A stretch of 63,966 nt of DNA, filler included. It is 8 parts of 8 records of this genome, joined end to end, with 100 filler letters (N's around TTAATTAATTAA, not from the genome) between each part and the next. Parts side by side here need not be neighbours in the genome. Positions count along the whole stretch, not along the records: positions 14,007 to 23,701 come from SRR20825010_1398; positions 23,802 to 36,279 come from SRR20825010_1403; 6 more parts are not named here. The stretch is one strand, 5' to 3'. Positions 20,512 to 30,604 of this stretch are shown in pieces. The notes under the pieces were generated by a model. That model had not been told where the DNA came from, searched no databases, and saw nothing but the letters and a program-made list of their open reading frames with translations. Position 1 is the stretch's first letter, and the number at the start of each line of letters is the position of its first letter. The position numbers and the translations under genes were made by a program.

Positions 20512-21273
20512 TCAGGCGGCCTGTGTCAGGCCCAGCCGGTCCAATCCCGCGCCCAGCCGCGTTTCCCAAGCATCCCGCATCTCAGCGGCCGTGGCGTGCC
20601 GCAGCCCCCACGCCTGTAGCTGCGCCATGCGGTCGTCAGACGGATCGCCATAGATCGCTGCTACGCGCGGACGCCAATAGGCCAGACTGTCGGCAATCGC
20701 CGCGCTCTGCCCCTGCTCGGCCAATCGCGCCAGCCCCTCTTCGGCCAGCTCCGTGTGCCGCCGTTCTCGCGGGGCAACCTCACGGATCGCCTCGGCCAGC
20801 GGCTGGTACGAGGCGCGCATCATGTCGTCCAGTTGCACCGCCACCGCGTGGCCCATACACAGGTTCATCACCACCGCATCGGCCCAGCCCGCCAGCGGAT
20901 AGTTGAAGACCGACAGCCGCATGTCATGGGCCGACCGTGCGCTGCCTGGCGCGGTGTCGCGCGGCAGGCGGTCCGTCCAGGGGTGGTGGCCGACATAGCG
21001 GTCGGTATTGGCCCCGAACTCGCCCATCAGGCGCAGCACCTTATCGGCGTGATCGGTCTTTTCCAGAACGATCCGCGCAGCGGCGATGCGTTCCTTGATT
21101 CCGGGACCGTCGTTGATCACATCGGCAAAGCCTGCCGCCCCCGCCAGTTCGCTGTCGACGAAGATGCTCATCAGCTTCATCAGTTCAGCTCGGTAGCGCG
21201 GCGGCACATTGGCAGGATTGGTCAGCTTGCCGCCCTGAGACAGGTAGTCGGCAATGTTCATCTCGTCCGTCAT
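20512..21273 (-). CDS. Additional PaaA/PaaC-family (ferritin-like) phenylacetate catabolic protein
   Basis: PPRYRAELMKLM, DSELAG, EKTDHA, SYQPLA and ERRH align with the PaaA-type di-iron helices. ATG at 21273 has a GGGAGAGG RBS. Confidence 0.75.
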   Translation of the reverse strand: MTDEMNIADYLSQGGKLTNPANVPPRYRAELMKLMSIFVDSELAGAAGFADVINDGPGIKERIAAARIVLEKTDHADKVLRLMGEFGANTDRYVGHHPWTDRLPRDTAPGSARSAHDMRLSVFNYPLAGWADAVVMNLCMGHAVAVQLDDMMRASYQPLAEAIREVAPRERRHTELAEEGLARLAEQGQSAAIADSLAYWRPRVAAIYGDPSDDRMAQLQAWGLRHATAAEMRDAWETRLGAGLDRLGLTQAA

Positions 21274-21284
21274 GTCCCTCTCCC

Positions 21285-22352
21285 TTACTGGTCGTAATCG
21301 ACGACCACACGGTCGGTCAGCGGGAAGGATTGGCAGGACAGAACATAGCCGCGTTCCACCTCGTAATCCTCCAGCGCGTGGTTGGCGACCATCTCGACCT
21401 CGCCTTCCAACACCTTGCATTTGCAAGTGGAGCAGACCCCGGCCTTGCAGGCATAGGGCGCGTCCATCGCGTTTTGCAGCGCCGCGTCGAGGATCGAGAT
21501 GTCCTTGTCCATCTCAAAGCTGCGCGCGGTGCCGTCCAACGTCACGGTCGCCTGCGTCCGCGCCGCCTGAGTTCCGGCGTCGACGTCACGCGCCTTGCGT
21601 TCCAGCCGACCAGGCTGGGCGCTGGCGAACAGTTCAAACTTGATCTGCGCATCCGCCAGCCCGTGATCCTTCAGCGCCTTGGCAATGCCCAGCATCATCG
21701 GTTCCGGCCCGCAGATAAACGCCGTGTCGACGTTTTCCACGTCGATCCAGTGTTCGAACAAGGCCGCGCATTTCTCTGCATCCACCCGGCCCTGAAACAA
21801 CTCGATGTCCTGTGCGTCGGATTCCAGCACATGGATCACGTTCAGCCGTCCCATGTAGAGGTTTTTCAGATCCTCCAGTTCCTCCCGGAACATGATCGTG
21901 TTCACGCCCCGGTTGGCATAGACCAGCGTGAAGTCCGACTGCGGTTCCATGGCCAACACGGTCTTTAGGATCGACAGCACCGGGGTGATCCCCGACCCGC
22001 CGGCAAAACCCAAATAGCTGCGCCGCGCTGCGGCATCGAGGGGCGTGTGGAACGATCCCATCGGTTCCATCGCCTCGACCACCATGCCGGGTTGCAGCAC
22101 ATCGTTGGCCCATGTGGAAAAGGCGCCGCCCTCGACCTTTTTGATGCCGACTTGCAGCACCCCTTCGCCACGCCCCGCGCAGATCGAATAGGAGCGGCGC
22201 AGTTCCACGCCCTCGATCTCCTGCCGAAAGGTCAGGTACTGGCCTTGGATAAAATCGAACGCCTCGCCGTTCTTCGGCTCCAGCGTCACCACAACGGCGT
22301 CGCGGATCGTCTTTTTCACGTCCCGAACGGTCAGCTCATGAAAGCGCGCCAT
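21285..22352 (-). CDS. paaE: Phenylacetyl-CoA epoxidase reductase subunit
   Basis: RRSYSI, GSGITP and CGP motifs, plus a C-terminal 2Fe-2S domain (CKAGVCSTC...C). Confidence 0.95.
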   Translation of the reverse strand: MARFHELTVRDVKKTIRDAVVVTLEPKNGEAFDFIQGQYLTFRQEIEGVELRRSYSICAGRGEGVLQVGIKKVEGGAFSTWANDVLQPGMVVEAMEPMGSFHTPLDAAARRSYLGFAGGSGITPVLSILKTVLAMEPQSDFTLVYANRGVNTIMFREELEDLKNLYMGRLNVIHVLESDAQDIELFQGRVDAEKCAALFEHWIDVENVDTAFICGPEPMMLGIAKALKDHGLADAQIKFELFASAQPGRLERKARDVDAGTQAARTQATVTLDGTARSFEMDKDISILDAALQNAMDAPYACKAGVCSTCKCKVLEGEVEMVANHALEDYEVERGYVLSCQSFPLTDRVVVDYDQ

Positions 22353-22364
22353 CGGCCACCCTCC

Positions 22365-22823
22365 TCAGATGCATTTGAAATAATCGAAAGGCTCAAGACA
22401 GTCGCTACACCGCCAATGCGCCTTGCAGGGGGTAGAGCCGAACTGGCTCACACGGGTGACATTCTTGGACCCGCAGCGCGGGCAATGGTCCGGGCCACCC
22501 GCAGGCGACGGCGGCGCGATGCCGTAGTCTTCCAGCTTGGCGCGTCCCTTGTCGGACAGCCAGTCGGTGGTCCAGGGCGGCGCGATGCGGGTCTCGATCT
22601 GGATCTTGTCCAGCCCGTGATCGCGCAATGCCGTCTCGATATCCATCGAGATCACGCGCGTCGCCGGACAGCCCGAATAGGTCGGCGTCACCGCCACCTT
22701 GACGGTATCCCCCTCCAGCGTGACCTCGCGCACGATGCCCAGATCGACGACCGAGATCACGGGGATCTCGGGGTCCGGCACCTCGTCCAGCCAGCCCCAG
22801 ATCTGATCCACTGTCGCTGTCAT
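22365..22823 (-). CDS. paaD: Phenylacetyl-CoA epoxidase subunit PaaD
   Basis: DPEIPVISVVDLG, TPTYSGCPA, CPRCGS and C..CLEPFDYFKCI. Confidence 0.95.
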   Translation of the reverse strand: MTATVDQIWGWLDEVPDPEIPVISVVDLGIVREVTLEGDTVKVAVTPTYSGCPATRVISMDIETALRDHGLDKIQIETRIAPPWTTDWLSDKGRAKLEDYGIAPPSPAGGPDHCPRCGSKNVTRVSQFGSTPCKAHWRCSDCLEPFDYFKCI

Positions 22824-22829
22824 GGCCGC

Positions 22830-23591
22830 CTACCAGGTCGCGCCGGGATAGGCCCGCTGCAACCACTGCATCTGCGTCAGCAGGTGGCCCAGATGTTCGG
22901 TATGGCGGGTGCCGGTCTTGCCGCCGGCATGGGCAAAATCACTGTCGGGAATGACCAGCGTGGCCTCTGCCATCGTGTCCTGTACCGCCGCATCCCAATC
23001 CGCGCGCAATGTCGACGGCTGCGGCGCGATCCCGGCCTCTGCCATCTGGCCGCTCACCGCGTCATCGGTGAACATCTCACCGGCAAAGGGCCACAGCAGG
23101 TCCAGCGCCGCCTGCATCCTGCGGTGGCTTTCTGAGGTGCCGTCGCCCAGACCAATCACCGTGTCGCGCGAGCGTTCGACGTGATAGGCCACCTCCTTGA
23201 CGGATTTCGCCGCGATCCCGGCCACCCGTTCGTCCGACGACTCCGCCAACCGCTGCAAAAGCAGCACATGGAACTGGTCGAACAGGTACTGCCGCATCAT
23301 GGTCTGGCCGAAATCGCCGTTCGGCTGTTCCGCCAGCAGCACGTTGCGGAAATCCCAGACGTCGCGCAGCATCGCCAGATCATCGGCGCTGCGCCCGGCC
23401 CCCTCGACCTCTCCGGCAAGACCCAGCCACATCTGCGTCTGGCCGATCAGGTCCAGCGCAGTATTGGCCAGCGCAATGTCCTCTTCCAGCACCGGCGCCA
23501 GACCGCACCATTCGCTGACCCTGTGGCCAAGGATCAGGGGATTGTCCCCCATCCGGCAGAGGAATTCGAAAAACGCCTCTTCGCGGGTCAT
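22830..23591 (-). CDS. paaC: Phenylacetyl-CoA epoxidase subunit PaaC
   Basis: LILGHRVSEWCG.APVLEEDIALAN, HTEHLGHLL and QRAYPGATW. Confidence 0.95.
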   Translation of the reverse strand: MTREEAFFEFLCRMGDNPLILGHRVSEWCGLAPVLEEDIALANTALDLIGQTQMWLGLAGEVEGAGRSADDLAMLRDVWDFRNVLLAEQPNGDFGQTMMRQYLFDQFHVLLLQRLAESSDERVAGIAAKSVKEVAYHVERSRDTVIGLGDGTSESHRRMQAALDLLWPFAGEMFTDDAVSGQMAEAGIAPQPSTLRADWDAAVQDTMAEATLVIPDSDFAHAGGKTGTRHTEHLGHLLTQMQWLQRAYPGATW

Positions 23592-23701
23592 CACATGGCC
23601 CCCACTTCGTCGGGAATGTCGAAAAAGGTCGGGTGACGATAGACCTTGCTCTCGGACGGCTCATAGAGCGGCCCCTTGTCCGAGGGCGACGAGGCCGCGA
23701 T
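23591..23701 (-). CDS. paaB: Phenylacetyl-CoA epoxidase subunit PaaB, C-terminal part
   Basis: Manual translation gives IAASSPSDKGPLYEPSESKVYRHPTFFDIPDEVGAM*; the stop overlaps the paaC ATG. Confidence 0.9.
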   Translation of the reverse strand: MAASSPSDKGPLYEPSESKVYRHPTFFDIPDEVGAM

Positions 23702-23801
23702 NNNNNNNNNNNNNNNNNNNNNNNNNNNNNNNNNNNNNNNNNNNNTTAATTAATTAANNNNNNNNNNNNNNNNNNNNNNNNNNNNNNNNNNNNNNNNNNN
23801 N
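23702..23801. other. Artificial contig linker
   Basis: 44 N + TTAATTAATTAA + 44 N. Confidence 0.99.
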
Positions 23802-23827
23802 TTCGCACCTCAAGAGGTGCTCCTACA
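23802..23827 (-). repeat. GTAG-family REP element at contig end
   Basis: Minus strand reads TGTAGGAGCACCTCTTGAGGTGCGAA: a GTAG tetranucleotide followed by the hairpin GCACCTC-TT-GAGGTGC. Confidence 0.7.
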
Positions 23828-23848
23828 GGTGAGATTCTGGTCAGGCCT

Positions 23849-25129
23849 TTACATCTTCCCGAATGCCTTGCGTGCCGCCGCAATGGTGGCATCGATATCC
23901 TCATCGCTGTGCGCCGCTGACACGAAGCCCGCTTCGAACGCGCTGGGCGCCAGGTAGATGCCCTGGTCCAGCATGGCGTGGAAGAAGCGGTTGAAGCGCT
24001 CGCTGTCGCAGGCCATCACTTCCGCAAAGCTGCTGATACGATTCTGGTCGGTGAAGAACAGCCCGAACATGGCGCCGGCCTGTGCGGTAGTGAATGACAC
24101 TCCTTGCGCATGGGCGGCGGCCGTCAGACCTTCCAGCAGGCGGGTGGTTTTTTCCGTCAGCGCGTCGTGGAAGCCGGGTTCGCTGATCAGGTTCAGCGTC
24201 GCCAGGCCTGCGGCCATGGCCACCGGATTCCCGGACAGGGTGCCGGCCTGGTAGACCGGCCCGAGCGGGGCCAGATGTTCCATGATGGCCTGCTTGCCGC
24301 CAAAGGCCCCCACCGGCATGCCCCCACCGACAATCTTGCCCAGGGTGGTCATGTCCGGGGTGATGCCGTAATGGCCCTGGGCGCCGCCCAGTGCTACCCG
24401 GAAGCCGCTCATGACTTCATCGAAAATCAGCACCGCGCCGCTGTCGTCGCACTGCTGGCGCAGGGTCTGCAGGAAATTCTCGGTGGCGGGGACGCAGTTC
24501 ATGTTGCCGGCCACTGGCTCCACGATGATGGCGGCGATGTCGTCGCCGTGTTCTTCGAAAGCCTGGGTGACGCTGGCGGCATCGTTGTAGTTCAGCACCA
24601 GGGTGTCGGCGGTAACGGCTTCCGGTACCCCGGGGGAGCCGGGAATAGCGATGGCGCCGGAGCCGGCTTTCACCAGCAGGCTGTCCACGTGCCCGTGGTA
24701 GCAACCTTCAAACTTGATGATCTTGTTGCGACCGGTGTAGCCACGGGCCAGGCGGATGGCGCTCATGGTGGCTTCGGTGCCGGAGTTGACCATGCGCACC
24801 ATGTCCATGGACGGCACCAGTTCGCAGACCTTGTCGGCCATGGCCACTTCCGTGGCGGTGGGGGCGCCGAAGCTCAGCCCTTCTTGTACGGCCGCCTGCA
24901 CGGCAGCCACCACGTGTGGGTGGTTATGGCCCAGGATCATCGGGCCCCAGGAGCCCACGTAATCGATGTATTGATTGTCGTCTTCGTCGAACAGGTAGGC
25001 GCCACGGGCGGAATGGAAGAACACCGGTGTGCCGCCGACGCTTTTGAACGCCCGCACCGGGGAATTCACGCCGCCGGGAATGTGTTTCTGGGCCTGACGG
25101 AAAAGCTGTTCGGAGTGCTTGCGGCTCAT
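23849..25129 (-). CDS. hemL: Glutamate-1-semialdehyde 2,1-aminomutase
   Basis: [37 protein letters not shown] and [10 protein letters not shown]. Confidence 0.97.
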   Translation of the reverse strand: MSRKHSEQLFRQAQKHIPGGVNSPVRAFKSVGGTPVFFHSARGAYLFDEDDNQYIDYVGSWGPMILGHNHPHVVAAVQAAVQEGLSFGAPTATEVAMADKVCELVPSMDMVRMVNSGTEATMSAIRLARGYTGRNKIIKFEGCYHGHVDSLLVKAGSGAIAIPGSPGVPEAVTADTLVLNYNDAASVTQAFEEHGDDIAAIIVEPVAGNMNCVPATENFLQTLRQQCDDSGAVLIFDEVMSGFRVALGGAQGHYGITPDMTTLGKIVGGGMPVGAFGGKQAIMEHLAPLGPVYQAGTLSGNPVAMAAGLATLNLISEPGFHDALTEKTTRLLEGLTAAAHAQGVSFTTAQAGAMFGLFFTDQNRISSFAEVMACDSERFNRFFHAMLDQGIYLAPSAFEAGFVSAAHSDEDIDATIAAARKAFGKM

Positions 25130-25160
25130 GGTGTGTCCTCTTGAATCTGTTCGCTATGGG

Positions 25161-25826
25161 TCAGACCGGGTGGGTCTGGAAGCAGGCGCTGAAGCGGCGT
25201 GCTGCGGCTTCGATGGAGGCCGTGTCGCTGTGCCTGAACAGGGCATGAATGACCGCCACAGACATGGCGCCAGCGTCGATCAGTTGCGGCGCATTATCCG
25301 GATTCACTCCGCCGATGGCTACCACGGGTTGATGAAACTGCTGGCAGGCCTGGCGTAGCACAGCCAGTGAGGCCTGCGGCGCTTGGGGTTTGGTCTGCGA
25401 GGTGAAGAAGCGGCCCATGGCTAGGTAATCGGCGCCGGCTTCGGCAGCTTGGCCAGCCAGTGCCAGATCGCCGTGGCAGGTGACGCCAATAATCCGTGAG
25501 TCGCCCAGCTGATCACGGGCCGCTTTGATGCCGCCGTCGCTTTGGCCGATGTGCACGCCATCGGCATTCACGCGGGCGGCGAGGGCCGGGTCATCATTGA
25601 CGATAAACAGGGCGTCGTACTGGTGGCACAGGGCGCGTAGCTGGGCGGCCCGGTATTCTCGTTGAGCGGGGCTGGCGGTCTTGTCCCGGTATTGCAGTAG
25701 CCGGGCGCCGCCGCGCAGGGCGGCTTCGGCGGCGGGCAGCAGGCGCTCGTCCGGCGTGAGTGCCGGGTCGGTGATCGCGTAGAGGCCGTGGAGGTGGTGG
25801 TGACGGTTGAAACGGTGGAGGGACAT
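25161..25826 (-). CDS. thiE: Thiamine-phosphate synthase
   Basis: LYAIT, QYRDK, IVNDD, GVHIGQSD and VAIGG. Confidence 0.93.
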   Translation of the reverse strand: MSLHRFNRHHHLHGLYAITDPALTPDERLLPAAEAALRGGARLLQYRDKTASPAQREYRAAQLRALCHQYDALFIVNDDPALAARVNADGVHIGQSDGGIKAARDQLGDSRIIGVTCHGDLALAGQAAEAGADYLAMGRFFTSQTKPQAPQASLAVLRQACQQFHQPVVAIGGVNPDNAPQLIDAGAMSVAVIHALFRHSDTASIEAAARRFSACFQTHPV

Positions 25827-25832
25827 GGGGGC

Positions 25833-26594
25833 TCAGGCCTGGCGGTTGGGCACGTATTGGCCTTGCCCGGGCTGGAAGGCGCCACGCAGGAAACGGTCGA
25901 CGTGGGCCTGGCCATTGGCGACAGCACTGTCCAGCGACTGGCCGCGGCCGCGCAGGCAGGCGATGGAGGAGGCCAGGGTGCAGCCGGAGCCGTGATAGCT
26001 GTGTGGCAACCGGTCCCAGCGCCATTGTTCTTCGCCAACGTCGGTGAACAGGTGGTTGATGACCTGATCGGTGTCGTCGTGAGTGCCGGTGACTAGGGTG
26101 GCGCAGCCGCTGCGCTGGACCAGGGTTCGGCCGCAGTCAGCGACGTCTGTTTGCCCACTCAGGGCCTGGGCTTCGGGCAGGTTGGGGGTCATCACGTCGC
26201 ACAGCGGTGCCAGTTTTTCGAGCATGGCTTCGGCGAGGGATTCCTGCGCCAGGCTGCCGCCGGCTTCGGCGGCCAGTACCGGGTCGAGAATCACCGGGAC
26301 CCCGGGCAGCCGCTTGAGCAGCCGGGTAATGAACTCGATGACGGCGATGGAGCCGGTCATGCCGATCTTGATGGCCTGATAATCCATGTCGTCCAGCAGC
26401 GCGTCGGCCTGCTGTTGCAGCAAATCGGTGTCAGTGAGCTGGAAACCGCGCACGTTCTGGCTGTTCTGTACGGTGAGGCCGGTGATCAGGGTGGAGGCGA
26501 AGCCGCCCAGCGCCTGGATGGCTTCAATGTCGGCGTGAATGCCCGCGCCCCCGGAGGGATCGTGGCCGGCAATAACAAGAATGTTCGGTTTCAT
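25833..26594 (-). CDS. thiD: Hydroxymethylpyrimidine/phosphomethylpyrimidine kinase
   Basis: IAGHDPSGGAGIHAD, AIKIGM, LDPVL, TPNLPEA and HGSGCTL. Confidence 0.92.
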   Translation of the reverse strand: MKPNILVIAGHDPSGGAGIHADIEAIQALGGFASTLITGLTVQNSQNVRGFQLTDTDLLQQQADALLDDMDYQAIKIGMTGSIAVIEFITRLLKRLPGVPVILDPVLAAEAGGSLAQESLAEAMLEKLAPLCDVMTPNLPEAQALSGQTDVADCGRTLVQRSGCATLVTGTHDDTDQVINHLFTDVGEEQWRWDRLPHSYHGSGCTLASSIACLRGRGQSLDSAVANGQAHVDRFLRGAFQPGQGQYVPNRQA

Positions 26595-26664
26595 GGCGAG
26601 CGCCTGATGCTGGATGCCGGAGGCCTGATGCTGATCTGTGCTGAGCGTCAGGCCTTGGCCGGAA

Positions 26665-27108
26665 TTAGAAAGGTCGAACAACCACCAGAATAACAATGGC
26701 GATCAGAAGGACAACCGGGATTTCATTGAAAATCCGGTAGAACTTGTCGCTCTTGGTGTTGGCGTCGGCGGCAAACTTTTTCATGTAGGACAGGCAGACG
26801 TGGTGGTAGCCAATCAGCAGGAACACCAGCGCCAGTTTGGCGTGCATCCAGCCGTTGCCTTTGTAGGCTTCCATGTTTGCCATGAACATCCACATGCCAA
26901 GGACTACAGTGACAATCATGCTGGGGTTCATGATGCCCCGGTAGAGTTTGCGCTCCATGATCTTGAAGCGCTCGCGGCTGGGTTGATCCTCTGCCATGGC
27001 GTGGTACACGAACAGGCGCGGCAGGTAGAACATGCCGGCAAACCAGCAAATCATGGCGATCAAGTGGAAGGCCTTGATCCAGAGAAAGTAATCGAGCGCA
27101 AACTGCAT
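26665..27108 (-). CDS. hemJ: Protoporphyrinogen oxidase HemJ (CopD/UPF0093)
   Basis: KAFHLI, WFAGMFYLPRLFVYH, MERKLY and RIFNEIP. Confidence 0.95.
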   Translation of the reverse strand: MQFALDYFLWIKAFHLIAMICWFAGMFYLPRLFVYHAMAEDQPSRERFKIMERKLYRGIMNPSMIVTVVLGMWMFMANMEAYKGNGWMHAKLALVFLLIGYHHVCLSYMKKFAADANTKSDKFYRIFNEIPVVLLIAIVILVVVRPF

Positions 27109-27242
27109 GGGGCTGTCCCTTCTTATAGGTGGTGAGAGTTATGGGTGGCGACATTGGAGAGATGTTTCCTGTGGGCGTACACTATACAGACTTACCTGTA
27201 TTCTTTCTGGTCCACTTGCTGCTGTCTAAGTAAAGGAGCGCT

Positions 27243-28673
27243 GTGAATAAGCGGCCACGCCATAGTCGTCTGATGCGTTACTACCTGTTTCGCACTCGGC
27301 GGCTGAGCCGTCGGCAGCTGGGTTCCTGGCAGGACTGGAAGCTGCGCGCGGTGTTCTGGTCTGGCGCCGTCATGGTGGGGCTGCTGGTGGTGGCTTTTGC
27401 CTGGGTGGCAGAGCTGGCGTCCCACACTTTCACGCAAATCCATGCCCAGTCCCCATACTTGCCGGTGCTGATAACCCCGGTGGGTATGGTGGTGATTGTC
27501 TGGTTGATGCGTCAGCTGGGCACCGAGTCCCAGGGCAGTGGTATTCCTCAGGTGTTGGTAGTGCTGAAGCAGCGCTATCACTGGTTGCGCCCTGCTTTCC
27601 TGTCCTTGCGCGTGATTCTCAGTAAGTTTGTGCTCACCTGTCTGGGGCTGCTGTGCGGGGCCAGTATTGGCCGCGAGGGCCCCAGTGTGCACATGGGCGC
27701 GGCGATGATGTATTCGGTGGGCCGGGTGGGGCGGCTTAACCAGAAATACGTGGACAACTCCCTGATCGTGGCGGGCGGCGCGGCAGGGGTGTCGGCGGCG
27801 TTCAATGCGCCCCTGGCAGGGATTGTCTTTGCCATCGAGGAGCTGTCCGGTTCGTTTGAGCAGCGCACCAGCGGTACCCTGATCATGGCCATCATTCTTT
27901 CCGGTGTGGTGGTGCTGATGATAATGGGGCACTACAGTTTTTTTGGACACCCGGACGGGGCGCTGGACATCACCCGGGACTGGGCAGCGATCGGGGTGAC
28001 GGCGCTGGTGTGTGGTCTGCTGGGCGGCTTTTTTAGCCGGTTGCTAATCAAGGGCAGCCAATTCCTTTCGCCCTACGCCAAGGAGCATCCATACCGTGTG
28101 GTGGTGCTGTGCGCCCTGGTATTGGTGTTTCTGGGGCTGATTACGGGCGGGGCCACCTACGGCAGTGGTTACGAGCAGGCATCTACCCTGCTGAGTGGTG
28201 AGCAGCCGGGGAACTGGACCTTCGCGCTGGCCAAGATGTCGGCCACCCTGGTGTCTTATTTTACCGGCATTCCCGGTGGTCTGTTCTCCCCCAGCCTGGC
28301 GGCTGGTGCGGGTATTGGTAACGTGGTGGGTGGTTTCTTCCCAGGCTCGTCGCTGGTGGGACTGACGCTGGTGGCCATGGCGGCGTTTCTGGCCGGGGTG
28401 ATACAGCGGCCGATCACGTCCTTTGTGATCGTGATGGAGCTGACCGGCAACCGCCACGATATCCTGTTGCCGCTGATGGCAGGTGCGCTACTGTCCGCGG
28501 CGGTGGCCAAGGTCGTCTGGGCTCGCCCCCTGTATGACTCCCTGGCTGACCGCCTTTCTGATGGTCAGGGTATGGCGCTGGAAAAGCCCCAGGACAAGCC
28601 GGCGGAACGAGGCAATGAAAAAGCCGAGTCGGAGGATGGTGGGAAAGAGCCGGAGCGGCAGTTGCCGGGTTGA
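27243..28673 (+). CDS. ClC-family chloride channel/antiporter without CBS domains
   Basis: GSGIP, GREGP, AAFNAPLAG and GGLFSP filter motifs plus the terminal Y (PLY). Confidence 0.93.
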   Translation: MNKRPRHSRLMRYYLFRTRRLSRRQLGSWQDWKLRAVFWSGAVMVGLLVVAFAWVAELASHTFTQIHAQSPYLPVLITPVGMVVIVWLMRQLGTESQGSGIPQVLVVLKQRYHWLRPAFLSLRVILSKFVLTCLGLLCGASIGREGPSVHMGAAMMYSVGRVGRLNQKYVDNSLIVAGGAAGVSAAFNAPLAGIVFAIEELSGSFEQRTSGTLIMAIILSGVVVLMIMGHYSFFGHPDGALDITRDWAAIGVTALVCGLLGGFFSRLLIKGSQFLSPYAKEHPYRVVVLCALVLVFLGLITGGATYGSGYEQASTLLSGEQPGNWTFALAKMSATLVSYFTGIPGGLFSPSLAAGAGIGNVVGGFFPGSSLVGLTLVAMAAFLAGVIQRPITSFVIVMELTGNRHDILLPLMAGALLSAAVAKVVWARPLYDSLADRLSDGQGMALEKPQDKPAERGNEKAESEDGGKEPERQLPG

Positions 28674-28793
28674 CCGTCATCCGAGTGGGCGAGGCGGTTT
28701 TCAGGCCGTTATGGGTGGCACTTTCTTGCCGCTGATCGATGGCGACCCTATCATGCAGGACTTCCTTTTATTAATGCAGTTCAGGAGTGGGAT

Positions 28794-29864
28794 ATGTCTT
28801 CTCAGCCAGCACAAGCCAGTGCACCGCTGAAAGTAGGTGTGGTCGGCGGTACCGGGTATACCGGGGTCGAATTATTGCGCCTGTTGGTTAACCACCCCCA
28901 CGCTGAACTGGATGTGATTACCTCCCGTGGCGAAGCGGGTGTGGCGGTGGCGGACCTGTTCCCGTCCCTGCGTGGCCGTACCGATCTGGTCTTCAGTGAG
29001 CCGGATGTGAAGCGACTGGCGGCCTGTGACGTGGTGTTCTTTGCGACGCCCCATAACGTGGCCATGCGGATGATGCCCGAGTTGATGGATGCCGGCGTGA
29101 GGGTGGTGGATCTGTCGGCGGATTTCCGGCTGCGGGATCATGAGCTCTGGAGCGAATGGTATGGCGAGCCCCATGCTTGCCCGGAGTTGCTGGCGGATGC
29201 GGTATATGGTCTGCCTGAAGTGAATCGGGAAAAAATCCGTGATGCCCGGTTGGTGGCCTGCGCCGGTTGTTATCCCACCTCGATTCAGCTGGGCTATCTG
29301 CCGTTGCTGGAAAAGGGCTGGATCAAGCCCGATCAGCTGATCGCCAACGCGGCCAGTGGCGCCAGCGGTGGCGGCAAAGGCGCCAAGGTGCCCATGTTGC
29401 TGGCGGAGGCGGGTGAGAGCTACAAGGCCTATGGCGCCAGCGGTCACCGGCATTTGCCGGAGATCGAGCAGGGGCTGGGCGATATTGCCGGTGGGCCGGT
29501 AAGTGCTACATTCGTTCCACATCTTATTCCCATGATCCGTGGTATTCATGCCACTCTCTACGGTCAGCTCACCGAATCGGCGCCGCCACTGGAAGACATT
29601 CAGGCGGCGTTTGAGGCCCGTTATGTCGATGAGCCCTTTGTGGACGTGATGCCGCTGGGCAGCCACCCGGAAACCCGTTTCGTGAAGGGGGCCAATATCT
29701 GTCGGCTGGCTCTGCATCAACCGCGGGGAGAGAACGTGATTGTGGTGCTGTCGGTGATTGATAACCTGGTGAAAGGGGCTTCCGGCCAGGCTGTGCAGGC
29801 CATGAATATCATGTTTGGTCTGGATGAGGGGGCGGGGCTGGCAGTGGTTCCGTTGGCGCCGTAA
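28794..29864 (+). CDS. argC: N-acetyl-gamma-glutamyl-phosphate reductase
   Basis: [27 protein letters not shown] and [13 protein letters not shown]. Confidence 0.97.
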   Translation: MSSQPAQASAPLKVGVVGGTGYTGVELLRLLVNHPHAELDVITSRGEAGVAVADLFPSLRGRTDLVFSEPDVKRLAACDVVFFATPHNVAMRMMPELMDAGVRVVDLSADFRLRDHELWSEWYGEPHACPELLADAVYGLPEVNREKIRDARLVACAGCYPTSIQLGYLPLLEKGWIKPDQLIANAASGASGGGKGAKVPMLLAEAGESYKAYGASGHRHLPEIEQGLGDIAGGPVSATFVPHLIPMIRGIHATLYGQLTESAPPLEDIQAAFEARYVDEPFVDVMPLGSHPETRFVKGANICRLALHQPRGENVIVVLSVIDNLVKGASGQAVQAMNIMFGLDEGAGLAVVPLAP

Positions 29865-29866
29865 CC

Positions 29867-30595
29867 ATGGCGAAGAAACCGAAAAGCCGGGCGGGCATTG
29901 ATGATGTGATGCTGATGCCGATCAGCCCGTCTCAACAGAAGAAGCAGCGGCGGTTGTGGGTGTCGGTTGCGCTTGTCGTCGCGGTGTTGCTGTTCTTGCT
30001 GGGCGGCTGGCTGGGTGCCGGCGGCGCTCTGGATGCCTCGGAATCCAATCGCCGACTGCGTGGTGAGATCAAGACCCTGGATGCAGAGCTGGAGACTGCG
30101 CGTAATGAACTGGCGGTGTTCAGAGCGGATTCCGAACTGACCCTGGAGGCGCGTGAAGAAGTGCGCCAGGAGATCAAGGCGTTGCAGGACCAGGTGGCCG
30201 AGCTGGAAGAAGCCGTACTGTTCTACAAGAACGTGATGGCACCGGCTGGCACCGAGGGTGGCCTGCAGATCGAAAAAATGACGGTGCAACAGGACAACGA
30301 GACTGGCGAATACCGTTACCGGGTGGTGCTGGTACAGTCCGGTGACAACCGTAGCTACCTGTCTGGTGATATCAGCTTGCACCTGCATGGCGAGAAAGAC
30401 GGGGACGCGTTTGAGCTCAATGGCAGTAGCTGGCTTGAAGACGGGAGTGAGACACGCTTCCGGTTTCGTTACTTTCAGGAGCTGAATGGCCGCTTTAAGG
30501 TGCCCGAAGGGGTGGTGGTGCAAGCGGTAGATGTGGATGCTGAGAGCGGCGGCAGAAACCGTTACCAGACACAGAAAACCATAAAATGGCAGTAG
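29867..30595 (+). CDS. Membrane-anchored coiled-coil protein (DUF6776-like), bactofilin partner
   Basis: One TM helix, a coiled coil, FYKNVMAP and FRYFQ. Typical argC-DUF-bactofilin-erpA order. Confidence 0.7.
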   Translation: MAKKPKSRAGIDDVMLMPISPSQQKKQRRLWVSVALVVAVLLFLLGGWLGAGGALDASESNRRLRGEIKTLDAELETARNELAVFRADSELTLEAREEVRQEIKALQDQVAELEEAVLFYKNVMAPAGTEGGLQIEKMTVQQDNETGEYRYRVVLVQSGDNRSYLSGDISLHLHGEKDGDAFELNGSSWLEDGSETRFRFRYFQELNGRFKVPEGVVVQAVDVDAESGGRNRYQTQKTIKWQ

Positions 30596-30604
30596 GAGAG
30601 ACGT

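Noticed and set aside
26601-26655. Short GCCTGATGCTG duplication and hairpin between hemJ and thiD
   Set aside because: Two short copies with no spacer array; most likely an ordinary intercistronic stem-loop.
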